Both the position numbers and the translations under genes were made by a program. From assembly GCA_944349905.1 (NCBI GenBank), contig CALVNR010000003.1, positions 69,974 to 133,973 on the forward strand: a stretch of 64,000 nt of DNA. Reading direction: 5' to 3'. Of the stretch, positions 1 through 11,838 are shown in pieces; position 1 is the stretch's first letter, and the number at the start of each line of letters is the position of its first letter. Source of the DNA: an uncultured Clostridia bacterium. Its GTDB lineage: Bacteria; Bacillota; Clostridia; Christensenellales; UBA1242. The notes under the pieces are model-generated. The model was not told where the DNA came from. It made no database searches and worked only from the letters and a program-made list of their open reading frames with translations.

Positions 1-2237
1 ATACAATTCTCTATTATATTATTTTTAATAATACCTGTATCAACCACTTTTCCACAATTGTCATATGTAAAAGCACCTTCGTATATATTTCCATCTTCCA
101 TTACTACTTTATATGGCACATCTATTCCACCACCTTGTGAATTTTTAGCAGCTTTATTCAAATCGTTTACTGATATTCTTATTTCTTTTATGCCATTGCT
201 ATCAACCTTAATTCTTTCATAAGTATTATCAGCTTTGATTTCGCCAAGCAATTCATTAATATTATTATAAATCACAGTAGATATGTCTTTTGGCTCATCT
301 TTTTTGTTTTCTTCGTTTATAGCCTTTGCAATATCAACCATCGCTTCTTTTGATATAATATGTTTTATTGTTGAAACATATCCGTTTATATTGCCAGAAG
401 TATTTAAACTATCAAATTTTATTTCACCATTAAGAATATATTGTAAAACTCCTTGTTTATCTTCTTCTGCAGTAAACCAAACAGACATTGCTGTTGGTTT
501 GCAATTAGAATATGAAGCATTTTTGAAGTTTGATAAATTCATTGTTGCAACGCTTACAGCATCATAATCAGCAGTAATTTCTCCTTCGATTAATTCATTT
601 ACATATTCTATAACTTCATTAACGATATCTTTTCCATCTGCAAATGCTTCATCACTACCTGACAATGTTTGTTCAACAAGTTGCTGAATTTGATCAGTTG
701 AAAGTTCTTTTACGCCTTTTGCTTCATCATTTGCTATATCTATTATTTCTTGATTTATAACTAAATCTGGATTATACAAAGATTCATTAAGAACTCTGCT
801 TACTTCACCACTTTCTGAGCCAACATTTTCAACTGTGACATTGTTAGCACCTTTAACCATCGCATCAACAACATCTTTTGCCTTTTGTCCATATTGTTGA
901 GTGTAGTATTTTTCTGATTCATCTTCCATTTCATAAATTTGAGCAATTAGACCATTTCTATCACTTGTATTATTTGGAGAATATGCCTCGTCTACCTCAG
1001 GTGTTGTAGCTTTACCTTTGTTATAAAAATGTACACCTACCATTGTGCCAATAATTGAGAATACTGCTACTGCAGCAACAACTCCTATAACAATTTTCTT
1101 CACATTCCCAGATTTCTTACGGTTCGTCATTTCTGCTTTCGCATTTTCTATTGTAGAAGTATATTCTTTTATTTTTCCTTCTTTTATTTCAACTTTTGAA
1201 ATATTAGCAAATGTTTCGCTTTGGGTTTCTTCATTTCCAGTATATTTAAATTCAAAAGTGTAATTGTTTTTTTCAACGCCTTTTTCGTCTTTTTCACCAT
1301 GTAAAATAAATTTAATACAGTCAGATATTGCTTTTTCATCTAATTCAACATTTGTATTTGAAACAATCTCTTTTAATGCATTTAAATTAACTTCAATATT
1401 GTTACACATTGCTGTTGCAATATTTTTTGCTCTTTTTCTAAGACTTGTTTCCTTACTCCAACCGTTAGATATATCTTTTATTACACCTCTTGTTTCTGCA
1501 AGTTCACTTTTAGCCTCTTTAAAAATTTCATCAATTTCGTTTTTTCTATCAATTTCTATTTGTTTTTTATTTAACTTTTCTTCTGCTTGTTGTGCTTGTT
1601 CTTTTGCTTGTTTTTTCTCTGAAATGGCCCCATCGCGCTCTGCTCGCGCTACACCTAAGTCTTCCTGTAATTTTTTATTTTTATTCTCTGCTTTCGTAGC
1701 TCTTCTTTTCGCCGTTGTTTTTTCTTTTTTTACTGCATCAAGTTCATCCTTTAAACTTTGAATAAATTGTTCAGCAGCTTTTTCATCTATAACGTCTTGC
1801 TTTTGAGCCGATAATACATTTTTTACCAAATAAGGAATCGTATACTCCGTTGTGCCATTTTTGAGTGCAATGATTTTTCCTTTTTTATTTCCAGGTATAA
1901 AAAATTCAATTTTATCTGCCAAATTTTCTTTTAATTTTTCACCATAAAAAATATAATTTAAAACATCGTTAAAATACTTCCCGTTGCTACCTTCAGACTG
2001 CAAAAAAAGTTCAAAATTTTCGTCAGTCCCTAGTTCTTCTAAAAAATTCTGCAATTTTTCTAAATTAGTAGATATAGTAGAAGAAATTTGAGTTAATTTT
2101 TCACTATAATTTTTACCTTTTATATCAGGAAATTTCTCAATAGCAATATTCCTTACTTTTTTTATTTTGCTAATAATTGCATTGATAGTTCCTTTTAAAA
2201 CCTTTGCATTATTGTCTGTTTGACGTGATTGACTCAT
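1..2237 (-). CDS. Large membrane-anchored coiled-coil protein, function unknown (C-terminus beyond left window edge)
   Basis: Reverse-complement reading from ATG at 2237 (MSQSRQTDNNAKV...) stayed open in a single manual read-through, with the frame re-checked at 2237, 1130 and the left edge. SD GGAGGG lies at 2243-2249. K/E-rich N-terminal half, one TM helix (KKIVIGVVAAVAVFSIIGTMVGV, about 1045-1115), then an extracytoplasmic part. Not in the supplied track because it lacks a stop in the window. Confidence 0.7.
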   Translation of the reverse strand, partial: MSQSRQTDNNAKVLKGTINAIISKIKKVRNIAIEKFPDIKGKNYSEKLTQISSTISTNLEKLQNFLEELGTDENFELFLQSEGSNGKYFNDVLNYIFYGEKLKENLADKIEFFIPGNKKGKIIALKNGTTEYTIPYLVKNVLSAQKQDVIDEKAAEQFIQSLKDELDAVKKEKTTAKRRATKAENKNKKLQEDLGVARAERDGAISEKKQAKEQAQQAEEKLNKKQIEIDRKNEIDEIFKEAKSELAETRGVIKDISNGWSKETSLRKRAKNIATAMCNNIEVNLNALKEIVSNTNVELDEKAISDCIKFILHGEKDEKGVEKNNYTFEFKYTGNEETQSETFANISKVEIKEGKIKEYTSTIENAKAEMTNRKKSGNVKKIVIGVVAAVAVFSIIGTMVGVHFYNKGKATTPEVDEAYSPNNTSDRNGLIAQIYEMEDESEKYYTQQYGQKAKDVVDAMVKGANNVTVENVGSESGEVSRVLNESLYNPDLVINQEIIDIANDEAKGVKELSTDQIQQLVEQTLSGSDEAFADGKDIVNEVIEYVNELIEGEITADYDAVSVATMNLSNFKNASYSNCKPTAMSVWFTAEEDKQGVLQYILNGEIKFDSLNTSGNINGYVSTIKHIISKEAMVDIAKAINEENKKDEPKDISTVIYNNINELLGEIKADNTYERIKVDSNGIKEIRISVNDLNKAAKNSQGGGIDVPYKVVMEDGNIYEGAFTYDNCGKVVDTGIIKNNIIENC

Positions 2238-2264
2238 TTGGAATCCCTCCTTATTGCTTACAAT

Positions 2265-2293
2265 ATTATACTACAACTTGATTTTGTTGTCAA
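2265..2293 (-). promoter_or_regulatory. Consensus sigma-A-type promoter for the 1..2237 gene
   Basis: On the minus strand: TTGACA (2293-2288), 17 nt, TATAAT (2270-2265), followed by the SD and ATG at 2237. Confidence 0.6.
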
Positions 2294-2326
2294 TAGTGAT
2301 ATTTAAAATATTTTTGTGACTTAAAA

Positions 2327-2914
2327 TTAATCTTCTTCAACTTTTTCATCTAAGTAGGTTGCCATTAAATCTGCCACATGCAATAAAAATGCAACAGGGT
2401 ATTTATAATAAACATCTGCTATGCTATAAGAGCCACCTTTAACTCTTAAATCATATTCCCCCATATGCCAGTTAATAGCAAGTGCTTCTTCTCTTGATAA
2501 TTTAATAAATGCAGACAAAATGTAAACAGATTTTTCTCCATGCCCATAAGGCAAGCTTTCTTCAACCTTATAATATGGTTTTTGCGTCCATATTCCATCT
2601 ATTTTTACATTCTTTACATCTTCTTTGTAAGTGTCAACTTTGCATACATCATGCAAAAGTCCCATAATTGCAATACTTTCTGGACTAATTTTGCTTTGCC
2701 AATTTTCTCCAAAATGTCCTTCTACCAATTTAACTAATCTTTTATAAACATTTATTGAATGCTCACAAAGTCCACCTTTAAAACTATTATGCCTTTTTGT
2801 GCTTGCTGGTGCAGTGAAAAAATCAGATTTTTCAAGCCATTCTAATAATTTATCAGCTCCGTCTCTCTCAATATTATCGTAAAATATTTCTAAAAACTCA
2901 TCTCTTGCTTCCAT
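2327..2914 (-). CDS. HD-domain metal-dependent phosphohydrolase
   Basis: 195 aa with H...HD...H...D spacing (GLCEHSINV, GLLHDVCKV, YGHGEKS, HVADLMA). SD AAGGAG upstream of the ATG. Confidence 0.8.
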   Translation of the reverse strand: MEARDEFLEIFYDNIERDGADKLLEWLEKSDFFTAPASTKRHNSFKGGLCEHSINVYKRLVKLVEGHFGENWQSKISPESIAIMGLLHDVCKVDTYKEDVKNVKIDGIWTQKPYYKVEESLPYGHGEKSVYILSAFIKLSREEALAINWHMGEYDLRVKGGSYSIADVYYKYPVAFLLHVADLMATYLDEKVEED

Positions 2915-2923
2915 ATATACTCC

Positions 2924-3316
2924 TTATTTTATATTAGAAGATAACTTTAAAAGTTCTTTAAACTGAGAAGAAGAATCTTTTTCATACTTTTTTATTTTTT
3001 TGTAAAAATCTTCCACTTCTTTTTCTTTTAATTTCATATTATCAATTTTTTTACTATCCAATATTTCTTTTTTGATTTTTTCAAAGTTTTCTATTTGTTT
3101 TTTTATAATTTCTTCACAATCTAAAATGTTACTACATGTTATTCTTAAAACATCAACACTTTCTTGATCTTTATTATTTTCAAATAGTTTTAAGATTTCA
3201 AAAGCACTATCAGTATTTTCCTTTATATTATCATACATTAAATCTATTTCTTTAAACATATCAATAAAATGCTCATCTGCTTTAATACCTTCTACATCTT
3301 TTTCTTCACTTTTCAT
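2924..3316 (-). CDS. Hypothetical K/E-rich helical protein
   Basis: 130-aa ORF that overlaps the upstream ORF by 11 nt and sits 10 nt upstream of the HD gene, an operon-like arrangement. No family recognised. Confidence 0.5.
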   Translation of the reverse strand: MKSEEKDVEGIKADEHFIDMFKEIDLMYDNIKENTDSAFEILKLFENNKDQESVDVLRITCSNILDCEEIIKKQIENFEKIKKEILDSKKIDNMKLKEKEVEDFYKKIKKYEKDSSSQFKELLKLSSNIK

Positions 3317-3788
3317 TATTTTCTCCTTTATCTTCCCATTTTATATTTTTGTTTAGTAGATTTAAAATACTGTAATACGGTCTAATATATATCAAATTTT
3401 TAAATTTAATTTCTATATCTCTATTACTAAGATTACTGCCTAAAAATGATTTTTTGTAATATTCTAATTTCTTATTTTTTTCTTTTTCTAATGCAATTTT
3501 GTATTGTTTTATAATAAGTTTGTTTTTACCAGACTTTATGTATTTTACAAAAGCAACACCATCTATTACTTTATTATAATTAAAATCTTTAAATTTTTTT
3601 GGTGGTATTAATCTATTTGTTTTGAAAAATTTATTATACGCATTTTCATCTGCCCTCTCAAAAGAATAAAAGTATTGTTTATCTTCTAATTTTAGTGTAT
3701 AAAACCCACCATATATCCATATTTCAGTTGGTAAAACAAGTTTATCTACAAGCACTGTTTTGTTAAAATTATTACTATCAAATTTCAT
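3306..3788 (-). CDS. Hypothetical protein
   Basis: Track ORF 3306..3824. I prefer the ATG at 3788 (MKFDSNNF) because GGAGAA precedes it and the predicted promoter (3811-3839) lies inside the longer version. Confidence 0.5.
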   Translation of the reverse strand: MKFDSNNFNKTVLVDKLVLPTEIWIYGGFYTLKLEDKQYFYSFERADENAYNKFFKTNRLIPPKKFKDFNYNKVIDGVAFVKYIKSGKNKLIIKQYKIALEKEKNKKLEYYKKSFLGSNLSNRDIEIKFKNLIYIRPYYSILNLLNKNIKWEDKGENNEK

Positions 3789-3810
3789 ATTTTCTCCATG
3801 AATTTGTATT

Positions 3811-3839
3811 ATTATACTATACAAAACTAAATTTTACAA
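3811..3839 (-). promoter_or_regulatory. Promoter of the 3788..2327 gene set
   Basis: Minus strand: TTGTAA (3839-3834), 17 nt, TATAAT (3816-3811). Confidence 0.5.
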
Positions 3840-3918
3840 ATAAAAGTTTTAATATAAATTTATTTACATGCTCCTATATAAAACAAAAAAGCAGGCTCAT
3901 GCGCCCACTTTAATGATA

Positions 3919-4036
3919 TTCCAGCAGTGTTCTATCTTCCCGGGCCGTCGCCAGCCAAGTATTTTCAACGATGAAAAGCTTAACTTCTGTGTTCGGTATG
4001 TGTACAGGTGGATCCTTTTCTCTATCGCCACTGGAA
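3919..4036 (-). rRNA. rrf: 5S ribosomal RNA
   Basis: The reverse complement reads CCAGTGGCGATAGAGAAAAGGATCCACCTGTACACATACCGAACACAGAAGTTAAGC...GGCCCGGGAAGATAGAACACTGCTGGAAT, which contains the conserved 5S core motifs. Ends are approximate (+/-3 nt). Confidence 0.9.
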
Positions 4037-4145
4037 ATGGTATAATTACAAGTTCTACTTGGAATTACTAAATTTACTTCTTTATTATACTTAATATAAA
4101 TCCTTTTGTCAAGAATTTTAGTATAATAATCAGGAATTTATAAAA

Positions 4146-4165
4146 CCCTGACAACTACATAACAG
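4146..4165 (-). other. 3' half of the 23S processing stem
   Basis: ccctgacaactacataacag is complementary to 7302-7321 (20 bp with one G.U pair). Confidence 0.7.
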
Positions 4166-4183
4166 AAACTTGCTAAGTGCTCC

Positions 4184-7119
<2,936 letters not shown>

Positions 7120-7301
7120 ATTATAAAAATGAATTGGATTTCTTAGCATTTTCGCAATAAGAATATTTCTTATTCGAACTTCTTGTTTTCTATTTACTCG
7201 ACGTAAATTGAAATTTGCAAAGATATTCGTATTACAACTTTTAATTAAATTAACAAGCGTAATTTGAATATTTGTTTGCTCGTTTTACATTCTGTAAAAC
7301 T

Positions 7302-7321
7302 CTGTTATGTAGTTGTCAAGG
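7302..7321 (-). other. 5' half of the 23S processing stem
   Basis: ctgttatgtagttgtcaagg pairs with 4146-4165 in the minus-strand transcript and brackets the 23S only. Confidence 0.7.
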
Positions 7322-7370
7322 TTCTATGCTAACCAGTGCATCAGCACCTTCCGTTTGGGTTAGCATGAGT

Positions 7371-7400
7371 ATAATAGCACAATGCAAAATATAATGTCAA
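7371..7400 (-). promoter_or_regulatory. Promoter of the 23S-5S operon
   Basis: Minus strand: TTGACA (7400-7395), 18 nt, TATTAT (7376-7371). Phased A/T tracts lie immediately upstream (7404-7467). Confidence 0.6.
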
Positions 7401-7588
7401 CACTTTTTTCAAAAAAATTTTAAAAATTTTAATTTTTTTTTAATTTTTTTTTGTTTTTTTTATTTTTGCTCCAACACATTTCCGCGTGTTTGTTATTTAT
7501 TAAGAAAAATCGCAAATTTTAATGTGTTTTTTTGTATTTTATAAAAATTTATTTTTATCATTTTTTTATTTTTTACATAAGATAGATT

Positions 7589-7617
7589 AAAAAAAGCAAA
7601 GATTTTTTGTCTTTGCT
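7589..7617 (-). terminator. Intrinsic terminator of the 7617..8531 gene
   Basis: Stem 7595-7602 / 7610-7617 (agcaaaga / tctttgct), followed on the minus strand by a 7-nt U-run. It overlaps the stop codon. Confidence 0.7.
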
Positions 7618-8531
7618 TATTCTTTTTCAATATCTTGTTCAGTATCTTTATTAAAATTTTGAATTATTTTTTTATCCCCGATATCAAAATATTTTGAAAT
7701 TATACTTTTTCTAAAATTTTTATCAAGAATTCTTAAATTAAAAATTAAACGATTTTCAAGTTCTTGTATACTATGACTATGAATTACTTTTGTAAAAACT
7801 GAAAGTTCAAGAGGATCTCTATTTGGCCAGTTCTCACATGCTAGGAAATTTAGTAATAAATCATCTGAATCGGCGATAACTTTTGCATGTTTTTCCAAAT
7901 TTCTTTTTGGTTTAAAAACTAAAACGTATTCTAAATTTAATCCTGGGTCACCAGACATTATCAAACTATTTACATTTGCTTTAATATCGTTATAACTATA
8001 ATTTTCAACAAAACAGTCAACTCCTAATATTAAATCAAAATTTTGTTGAGCATCACCGTCTTTTGCTATTTTTATTGAATGAGGCAACATAAAAGAGATA
8101 TCGTTTTCAAGAACGTATTTTAAATTTTGCTCTGCACTACCTTCTTTTGCCATCTTTTGCGCGAAATAATTTGCATCAAAATTTGGAAAAGCATACAAAA
8201 AAGGTATTACATAAAAAACGGGACCTTCTTTAACTACACTTGCAAAATGTTCTAAGTTTTCCGTTTTAAAATACTTTGGAAACAATATACTTAAATAAGA
8301 ATTTTTCTTTTCCAAAATAATATTGCCTATTTTATTAACTTTTTCCTTTGTTAAAAATCTGCTGTATTCCTTTGCAAATTCAAAACAAAGATATTCATCT
8401 TTTTTATTTATAATTTTGTTATAATATTCATTAACTAAACTTTTCTTTTCTTCAAGATTTGAGCATTGATTAAATTTTTGCTTTGCAATTTTCATTAATT
8501 CTTCAATCATTTGTTTTTGTTTAATTTCCAT
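7617..8531 (-). CDS. Hypothetical protein with four loosely repeated D/S-x-x-x-N-[LF]-x-Y/L-[VI]-L motifs
   Basis: 304-aa ORF with SD AAAGGA, promoter TTGACA-17-TAAATT upstream and a terminator downstream. No family recognised. Confidence 0.6.
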   Translation of the reverse strand: MEIKQKQMIEELMKIAKQKFNQCSNLEEKKSLVNEYYNKIINKKDEYLCFEFAKEYSRFLTKEKVNKIGNIILEKKNSYLSILFPKYFKTENLEHFASVVKEGPVFYVIPFLYAFPNFDANYFAQKMAKEGSAEQNLKYVLENDISFMLPHSIKIAKDGDAQQNFDLILGVDCFVENYSYNDIKANVNSLIMSGDPGLNLEYVLVFKPKRNLEKHAKVIADSDDLLLNFLACENWPNRDPLELSVFTKVIHSHSIQELENRLIFNLRILDKNFRKSIISKYFDIGDKKIIQNFNKDTEQDIEKE

Positions 8532-8703
8532 AAAAAATCCTTTTTATAAATTTAACATCTTTATTTGTTTTTGTCAATACCCTTTTACTTAGCTTATGCA
8601 TTTTTATAGTATATATATTTATATAATATAATATATTTAATATATATAATAACTACAAAAGAAAGATAATTTATTAAATATAATTTTATGTAGACAAAAT
8701 TAT

Positions 8704-8732
8704 TTGACAATTTGTTTTAAATAATTTATAAT
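8704..8732 (+). promoter_or_regulatory. Consensus promoter of the glyQS leader
   Basis: TTGACA (8704-8709), 17 nt, TATAAT (8727-8732). Confidence 0.75.
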
Positions 8733-8744
8733 CACCTTGTAAAT

Positions 8745-8888
8745 AATTTTTGCGTTGAAGGAATTGGCAACTCCCGAGCAAAACGCATGCCAGCGAAAAG
8801 GCACTAAATGAGGCATTTAAAATGCGAATTAGGGTGGAACAGCGGTTTATTAAAGTCGCCCCTATACAATAAAGTATGGGGCTTTTTT
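8745..8888 (+). promoter_or_regulatory. T-box riboswitch leader, glycine-specific
   Basis: T-box sequence AATTAGGGTGGAACAGCGG at 8827-8845, with UGGA matching a U73 tRNA-Gly. Kink-turn-like GCGTTGAAGG...CCCGAGCA. GGC-A specifier candidate at 8766-8769. Terminator stem 8858-8867 / 8874-8882 plus T6. Located directly upstream of a GlyRS gene. Confidence 0.85.
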
Positions 8889-8913
8889 ATTTGCCCTTAT
8901 GTAAGGAGGAAAA

Positions 8914-10293
8914 ATGAAAGAAATAAAAGCAACAATGGATAAAGTTGTAAATCTTTGCAAAAACAGAGGCTTTATATTCCCAGGAAGTGATATATATGGC
9001 GGTATGGGTAATACTTGGGATTATGGCCCTGTGGGAGTAGAATTTAAAAACAATATTAAAAGAACATGGTGGAAAAGATTTGTTCAAGAAAATCAAAACA
9101 CTTATGGTGTTGATGCTGCTATACTTATGAATAGCAGAGTTTGGGAAGCAAGTGGTCACACAACATCTTTTTCGGACCCTAAAATGGATTGTAAAAACTG
9201 TAAAACAAGACACCGTGCCGACAATTTGATTGAAGCTCATTCAAAAGGCAAAGTCAACCCAGATACAATGACGACAGAAGAAATGGAATTGTATATAAAT
9301 GAGCACAAAGTAGCTTGCCCAAAATGTGGAAAATTTGATTGGACAAATATAAGACAATTTAATCTTATGTTTGAAACTTCACGTGGAGTAACAGAAGAAG
9401 GTCAAAATAAAATTTATTTACGCCCAGAAACAGCACAAGGTGAATTTGTAAACTTTTTAAATGTTCAACGCTCATGTAGAGCAAAAGTTCCTTTTGGGGT
9501 AGCGCAAATTGGCAAAGCTTTTAGAAATGAAATTACACCAGGAAACTTTATTTTTAGAACAATTGAATTTGAACAAATGGAGCATCAATGGTTCTGTAAA
9601 AACGGCGATGATGAAAAATATTACAATGAATATAAAGAAAAAGCTATGAAATACGTTCTTGATTTAGGAATAGACAAAGAGCATCTACGTTTTCATGACC
9701 ATGACAAACTCGCACATTACGCAAGAGCAGCGTGTGATATACAATACCTATTCCCTATGGGTTGGAACGAACTTAACGGTATTCACAATAGAAGTAATTA
9801 TGACCTTTCTCGTCACCAAGAATATAGTGGAAAAAGCATGTTGTATCTTGACCCTTATACAAATGAAAAATATATCCCTAACGTTATTGAATATTCAATT
9901 GGAGCAGATAGATTAACCCTTGCACTTTTATGCGAAGCTTATGATGAAGAGATTTTGGAAAATGGAGAAACAAGAGTTGTTATGCATTTTCACCCTGCCA
10001 TCGCCCCTTACAAAGTCGCTATTTTACCTCTTCAAAAAAATTTAGGAGAAAAAGCACAAGAAGTATATTCAATGTTGTCAAAAGAATTCATGTGTGATTA
10101 TGATGAAGCTGGTTCTATTGGTAAAAGGTATCGCCGTCAAGATGAAATTGGAACACCTTTCTGCGTTACTATTGATTTTGATACACTCGAAAATGACACA
10201 GTTACTATTAGAGATAGAGATAGCATGGAACAAATAAGATTACCAATAAGCGAACTTATCAAATATGTTGGTGAAAAAGTTAAATTTAACTAA
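8914..10293 (+). CDS. glyQS: Glycine--tRNA ligase (homodimeric class II GlyRS)
   Basis: 459 aa beginning [30 protein letters not shown], with the LRPETAQG and [14 protein letters not shown]...EFEQME class II motifs. SD AAGGAGG. Confidence 0.95.
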   Translation: MKEIKATMDKVVNLCKNRGFIFPGSDIYGGMGNTWDYGPVGVEFKNNIKRTWWKRFVQENQNTYGVDAAILMNSRVWEASGHTTSFSDPKMDCKNCKTRHRADNLIEAHSKGKVNPDTMTTEEMELYINEHKVACPKCGKFDWTNIRQFNLMFETSRGVTEEGQNKIYLRPETAQGEFVNFLNVQRSCRAKVPFGVAQIGKAFRNEITPGNFIFRTIEFEQMEHQWFCKNGDDEKYYNEYKEKAMKYVLDLGIDKEHLRFHDHDKLAHYARAACDIQYLFPMGWNELNGIHNRSNYDLSRHQEYSGKSMLYLDPYTNEKYIPNVIEYSIGADRLTLALLCEAYDEEILENGETRVVMHFHPAIAPYKVAILPLQKNLGEKAQEVYSMLSKEFMCDYDEAGSIGKRYRRQDEIGTPFCVTIDFDTLENDTVTIRDRDSMEQIRLPISELIKYVGEKVKFN

Positions 10294-10295
10294 AA

Positions 10296-10331
10296 CAAAA
10301 AAAGTTCAAACACAAGTTTGAACTTTTTTTC
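10296..10331. terminator. Bidirectional intrinsic terminator between the convergent glyQS and peptidase genes
   Basis: Perfect 9-bp stem agttcaaac / gtttgaact (10303-10311 / 10316-10324), flanked by an A-run and a T-run. Confidence 0.8.
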
Positions 10332-10351
10332 AATTTATTTTATTTTTTAAT

Positions 10352-11065
10352 TTAATCTCTTCTACTAGATAATAAAAATATTAATAAAAATCTAAGGAAA
10401 TACACTATTGAAACCAAAAGTGAAGCAAGGTATGTCATTGCTGCTGCAGATAACATAGCAGATACCCCTGCTTGTTCTTCTGCATCACCTATTTGAGAAA
10501 ACAGTAATTCTTTAGCACGATCAGAAGCATTTAATTCAACTGGCAGAGTAATTAAATTAACAAGAACCAACAGTCCATAAACAACAGTAACTGCCAAGAG
10601 CATAATATACCCAGCAAAACCTATAAAGATTGACAAAATTATACTAACAATAATCAAAGGTAAAAGCATTGTAGAAGCAAAATTTGAAATTTTAATAGCA
10701 AATTGCCTAAATTTAAGCAAACTATAACCTTCTGCATCTTGCAATGCATGGCCAAATTCATGTGCTACAATAGCAATAGAAGCGATTGAATCGCTATTAT
10801 AGTTTTGCTCGGATATATTCAAACTTTTATCTTTTGGATTATAATGGTCAGTTAATTTTCCTTTGCACATTTTAACATTTAATTTTAAACCGTTTTTTAA
10901 AGCCAATTCTTCTGCTAGTTGCCTTCCAGTAATATTAAGAGAAGATTTGACTTTTGAATATTCATTAAACCTATTATAAACTTTTGTTTGAGCAACAACA
11001 GAGATTATAACTGCCACCAAAATGAAAAACCCCGATAATCCATACAATAAATAAACCCAATCCAT
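10352..11065 (-). CDS. Membrane Zn-metallopeptidase, YugP/Zn_peptidase_2-like (paralog 2)
   Basis: HExxH in IVAHEFGHALQD plus several TM segments. I prefer the ATG at 11065 (MDWVYLL), preceded by AAGAGGTG, which gives 237 aa, the same length as the upstream paralog. The track ORF starts at a TTG at 11086. Confidence 0.8.
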   Translation of the reverse strand: MDWVYLLYGLSGFFILVAVIISVVAQTKVYNRFNEYSKVKSSLNITGRQLAEELALKNGLKLNVKMCKGKLTDHYNPKDKSLNISEQNYNSDSIASIAIVAHEFGHALQDAEGYSLLKFRQFAIKISNFASTMLLPLIIVSIILSIFIGFAGYIMLLAVTVVYGLLVLVNLITLPVELNASDRAKELLFSQIGDAEEQAGVSAMLSAAAMTYLASLLVSIVYFLRFLLIFLLSSRRD

Positions 11066-11078
11066 AAACACCTCTTTA

Positions 11079-11792
11079 TTAACCAAATAATTTATTTTTC
11101 TTTGTCATAAATGTCCAAGCAAGCAATGTGTTTAAAAAATCTGCCCAATATGATAACCTTGCATCATTTAAAAACTTTTTACATAAGCCCACCTGCTCTT
11201 TATCTAAAACTTCATTTAAATATTTTAATGCTATTTTTGAAGCTTCTTTTTCAATTGCTATGATTTTTATTTTTAAAAATAAAGCAAGCAAAAATATTAA
11301 AACGCTTCCTGCCAAACATGCAACTCCATAATAAAAAAGTCCTTCAATAGCAAACATTAAAATTATACTAGCAATAAAAAGAGGCATCAAGAAAAAACCC
11401 AAAATTTTGCCAAAATATTTCAAAAATGCAAAATGTTTTAATTTTTTACTATTTTTATCTTGCATAGCATGCCCCATTTCATGCGCAATAATGGAAAAAG
11501 AGGCCACCGATGAATTAGATTGTGTGTTTGTTGATAAATATAGTGTTTTATTGCTGTAAGCATCAAATCCAAGTTTTTGAATAGTTACAATACTTATTTT
11601 ACCAGCAAAATATTTATTATTCAAAAAGTTAAAAAAATCAATTGAAGACATGTTTTTGTCTATACTTTCATTATCCATGACTTTATAACTGTCAAAAAAT
11701 TTTTCATAAGCAAAATTTGCTATTGCTAAAAGAAAACATAACAAAAACAAAAATGCTATTACTACAATTATTATAATTAAAGTTGTACTCAT
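11079..11792 (-). CDS. Membrane Zn-metallopeptidase, YugP/Zn_peptidase_2-like (paralog 1)
   Basis: 237 aa with HExxH in IIAHEMGHAMQD and the same TM/HExxH/TM layout as the downstream gene. Confidence 0.8.
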   Translation of the reverse strand: MSTTLIIIIVVIAFLFLLCFLLAIANFAYEKFFDSYKVMDNESIDKNMSSIDFFNFLNNKYFAGKISIVTIQKLGFDAYSNKTLYLSTNTQSNSSVASFSIIAHEMGHAMQDKNSKKLKHFAFLKYFGKILGFFLMPLFIASIILMFAIEGLFYYGVACLAGSVLIFLLALFLKIKIIAIEKEASKIALKYLNEVLDKEQVGLCKKFLNDARLSYWADFLNTLLAWTFMTKKNKLFG

Positions 11793-11838
11793 AACTTTAT
11801 TTTACTCAAAATATCAATAAAATCAAAATGTTTTTGTA

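Noticed and set aside
283-1761. Plus-strand track ORFs 283-567, 1045-1263 and 1264-1761
   Set aside because: Their S/F/I-rich low-complexity translations are typical antisense shadows of a K/E-rich gene. The minus-strand frame is open across the whole region and has an SD and a promoter.
8887-9240. Minus-strand 117-aa ORF overlapping the glyQS start and the T-box terminator
   Set aside because: It is antisense to a highly conserved GlyRS N-terminus and has no SD or promoter, so it is spurious.
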